Below, one piece after another: positions 60,882 to 64,000 of a stretch of 64,000 nt of DNA (position 1 is the first letter of the stretch; each line of letters opens with the position of its first letter). The stretch is from Selaginella moellendorffii (taxonomy: Eukaryota > Plantae > Lycopodiophyta), in assembly GCF_000143415.4 (NCBI RefSeq), contig NW_003314353.1:701236-765235 (forward strand), written 5' to 3'. A program made the position numbers and the translations under genes. The notes beneath the pieces were generated by a model. That model saw only the letters and a list, made by a program, of their open reading frames with translations. It ran no database searches and was not told the origin of the DNA.

Positions 60882-63800
60882 ACATCCTTATGGTTCCATC
60901 CTTTTCCATAACAAAAAGTGTTGGCGCTCCATAAGTTGACTTGTTTGGTTAGATATAACCTTTGTCAAGAAGCTCTGTGAGTTGCTTTTTGAGTTCAACC
61001 ACCTCCTTGATGTTCAAACAATATATAGAGCTTCTGTAGGTGGTTTAGAACCCGGAATGACCTCAATCCGATAATCAACCTTATGGGTAGGAGGTAGCTC
61101 TGATGGCAAATTCTTTGGAAAGATATCTTGATTTTATGCCAACAACTCCAAAATCTTCTTTGGTATAGGATCAACTCTGTTATTGATTCAAATTGAGTCA
61201 CCATTACCCTCAACTTCTATCACTTGAACCCAAAAGGTCTGACATCCTTTTTTAGCTGCTTTTTGAGTGGCTCTTGCAGTCAAAAACTTAGTATCCCAAT
61301 CCTTTGAGGAGCACTTTTGCAATTGGAAAGACACATCGGGACGTCCTTCTGATTTCAATGTGATGTGACTTTGTCCAACAATATAAATCCCTTTAATATA
61401 TTTATTGAAAAAATCCATACCAAACACCATCTAAAAATCTAGTATCTTCAACACTACCAAGTCCACTCTTTCTTTCTACTTGGATATTTTTATCAGAACA
61501 TCACTCACAAATTTTCTGGCTACTTGCCCACCTTCTGCAAACCAGAAGTGTATGGGTGACATTTGCTCAACATTCAATCCTAATAACTTAACTAAGTCTT
61601 CAGATATCACGCTATGTGTAGTTCCTATATCAATCATCACTCGAATTCATTGTCCGTAGACAAAGGCTACCAAATATATCAACAAATCAATGTTTGCATT
61701 GACTGTGAGAAAAGCTTGAGGAAAATAACGAAAGTAACTCACCTCCTCTTCCTCATAGTCCACATTGACCAACTCATCAATCCCTTCAGCTTCACCACCA
61801 CCATCTTCCCTCATGACTTTAACACGAGACGTTATTTTATGTTTGTTGGGACATTCTAAGGACCTATGTCCTGAGTCTCCACAATAGAAGCAATAAACCA
61901 CACTCTCTGTTCCGCTAGGAGTAGGTTTCATAGGTTGCTGCTACTTGTACCCACAAGGAGGAGGAACAAAGGGTCTAGGACCAAAAGAAGCTATTGGTGG
62001 TCTCTAACCACCACCACCTTTGTTAATTGTTGCTTGTGAGCCTCCAAAGCAGAACCTTCTTTCCACCCTCTATTTCTAATCACCTTGTTTATTCCTAGAA
62101 TTTTTATTCTTGTTTGAGGTACCAACATATGGCTATTGATATTGTTCCATGAGCGAGTGACTAAAGGCAACTTGCTACACTACCTCTTTACACTGTAGAT
62201 ATGTCTTCGGCTTAAACTTTAAAATCTCATTTTGAGAAAGTGAACTTAAACCCCTCTAGGAAATAACTTCAAGCATCTTTCTCACTCATATTGGCAATTA
62301 TAATATACTTTTAAGAAAACGCATTAACGTAAAGGATAAGGTCCCCTCACTACTTTAACTACTACAACTCCACAAAAAGTCTCAAACCAAGATCATTCAG
62401 CAAGTATTCTTTATGGATACAAGACTGCATCTTGGTCCAACTTCTGGTCTACCCTTTTTCAGTACACACCTGGCGCTACCAAGTTTTGGCATAATTAGTG
62501 AGAAAGGATTGCATGCACGCAACTTTCATACAATCATCTACATTTGCTGCTATGAAATAGTTTTCCATATCGTAGACCCAGTCTTCCAAAACTTGATAGT
62601 CCTGCATGCCTCTGAAATTGGGTGGTTTCAGGGGATTGAACTTTGAAACTCGTGCAACCGGGGGCAGTTACAAAACTTCATTGTCCTCAGAACTTGAAGA
62701 GGAGTCCAATTGCTTAGGTTTAGCTGGTTTAGCTGCCTTAGCTTCTTTTTTACTCTTTTTATTCTCCTTCTTCAATTTGTGAACTTCCCTTTGCAAATTT
62801 TTGATCTCGACTTCTTGAGTCATACATTGCAGTGCTGCAACATCTGGCTCTTCCTCTTCTAACTCAGCCTCATCCTCTTTTGCAGCATCGTTAGTTAGAG
62901 TTTCCTCCTCTCGATTGCCTGTCTAGAGGTTTCAACATCATCAGCATGGTTCCTTTTCACCATCCTGCTACATGCCTCTATCAATAATTGAATATGCATA
63001 CAACATTCTTACCAAATGGTGCAATCCAATTAAGCCTACACAAGTCGCTTCGGATCTACTAAAAAAGTCTCTATGTTTGCAACTTGAGTCAGAAAATCCA
63101 ACAAATGTTGGAGAGGAATCGTTAAGACAATTCCTCTTATACCAAATGTAACACACATGAATTTGGAGTCGAACTCCAAGCTTGTTGTGCTATGAAATGA
63201 GGGTTTGGTACAATCCCATGAGCACCAACTCCCCATATCTAGCACCTACATGCAAAATGGTGTAAGACGGTGTTTGGCACAATTTTGGCATATTGGTGGC
63301 CTAATGCAAGGAAGAGGGTACCCCATCAACTAGAGCAACATGAAGCTTTGGCTTAGACCCAAGTCGGGTGCAGAACAAAGACAAGCATGCAAGCAAGAGC
63401 TAGATTATGCCTCAGGTTGGTCGGCCATGCCCTACCCACTATCCCTACTATACATTTAAAACCCCCCACAACCCACAGGCATATCTATGAAATGTAAAGA
63501 TTGTTTTGAACACAATAGTATTTATACCATGCCTAAATTCAAAATCTAGCATCATTCTATATTTAGTAAGTTTCAAACTCACTAACTTCTAGTACTAAGG
63601 GAAGCCTGCGTTCCTCAAAGGGAGAGGGTTATGGGGGTATGGAATACATTCTTGGTATGAGCTTAGCTTTTCGCTGGCATAATTGCTATTTATGAGAGGA
63701 TTTGTTATATGTGTAATGTAATATCGTGAATAGATCTCAAGTTGTGTGACCAGCTGAGCAGCACAAACAAGTCAAAGGAAGTAAGGTCAAGATTGTTGAT

Positions 63801-63941
63801 GAGAGGATACAGAGCTGCAAGATGAGCAGCTCAAGTCCAAATGTATAATAAAGATAGTAGGTATGTCAAATATGGTTGGGTAATAGGATGTTTTATTTGA
63901 CTTATCATCATCACTTTTTCACCTTTTAAAATGGTGTAAAG

Positions 63942-63943
<2 letters not shown>

Positions 63944-63998
<55 letters not shown>
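63944..63998. repeat. (TA)n microsatellite
   Basis: Perfect dinucleotide run. Confidence 0.98.

Positions 63999-64000
<2 letters not shown>

Larger units (their letters stand above)
48732..63480 (-). mobile_element. Degenerate Ty3/Gypsy chromovirus (family D), interrupted by a nested LARD-like element
   Basis: LTR ends at 48732 and 63147 are homologous, with PBS rc tggtataagag next to 63147. Remnants include [68 protein letters not shown] and EYEVETIL. Confidence 0.85.

Overview
Plant nuclear DNA, most likely a lycophyte such as Selaginella. This is inferred from the dense GC-rich genes, 50-60 nt introns and an intron-containing PLS-DYW PPR gene. Positions 1-17.7 kb are a compact gene island: TMK-type LRR receptor kinase (partial), a small plastid membrane protein, a PPR-DYW editing factor, formamidase, PLATZ, a CPYC glutaredoxin missed by the ORF track, an NPF transporter, an NAD(P)-binding protein, DUF179 and an F-box/kelch-like protein. 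From about 17.9 kb to the end is an AT-rich, deaminated, deeply nested transposon block with two assembly gaps. Main highlights: (1) a young, TSD-flanked Ty3/Gypsy chromovirus whose integrase region is split by two precise GT-AG spliceosomal-type introns; (2) a family of 5S-rRNA-carrying (Cassandra-like) TRIMs, three copies with TSDs; (3) an isolated, intact, AT-rich gene for a secreted protein with a C-terminal bulb-type lectin domain; (4) a PPR gene fragment captured in one TRIM LTR; (5) a GAG-only element, and a LARD-like element with a decayed antisense ORF; (6) a pair of inverted termini next to TA microsatellites that bracket the whole 45 kb block. All coordinates and translations were read by eye and no database search was run.
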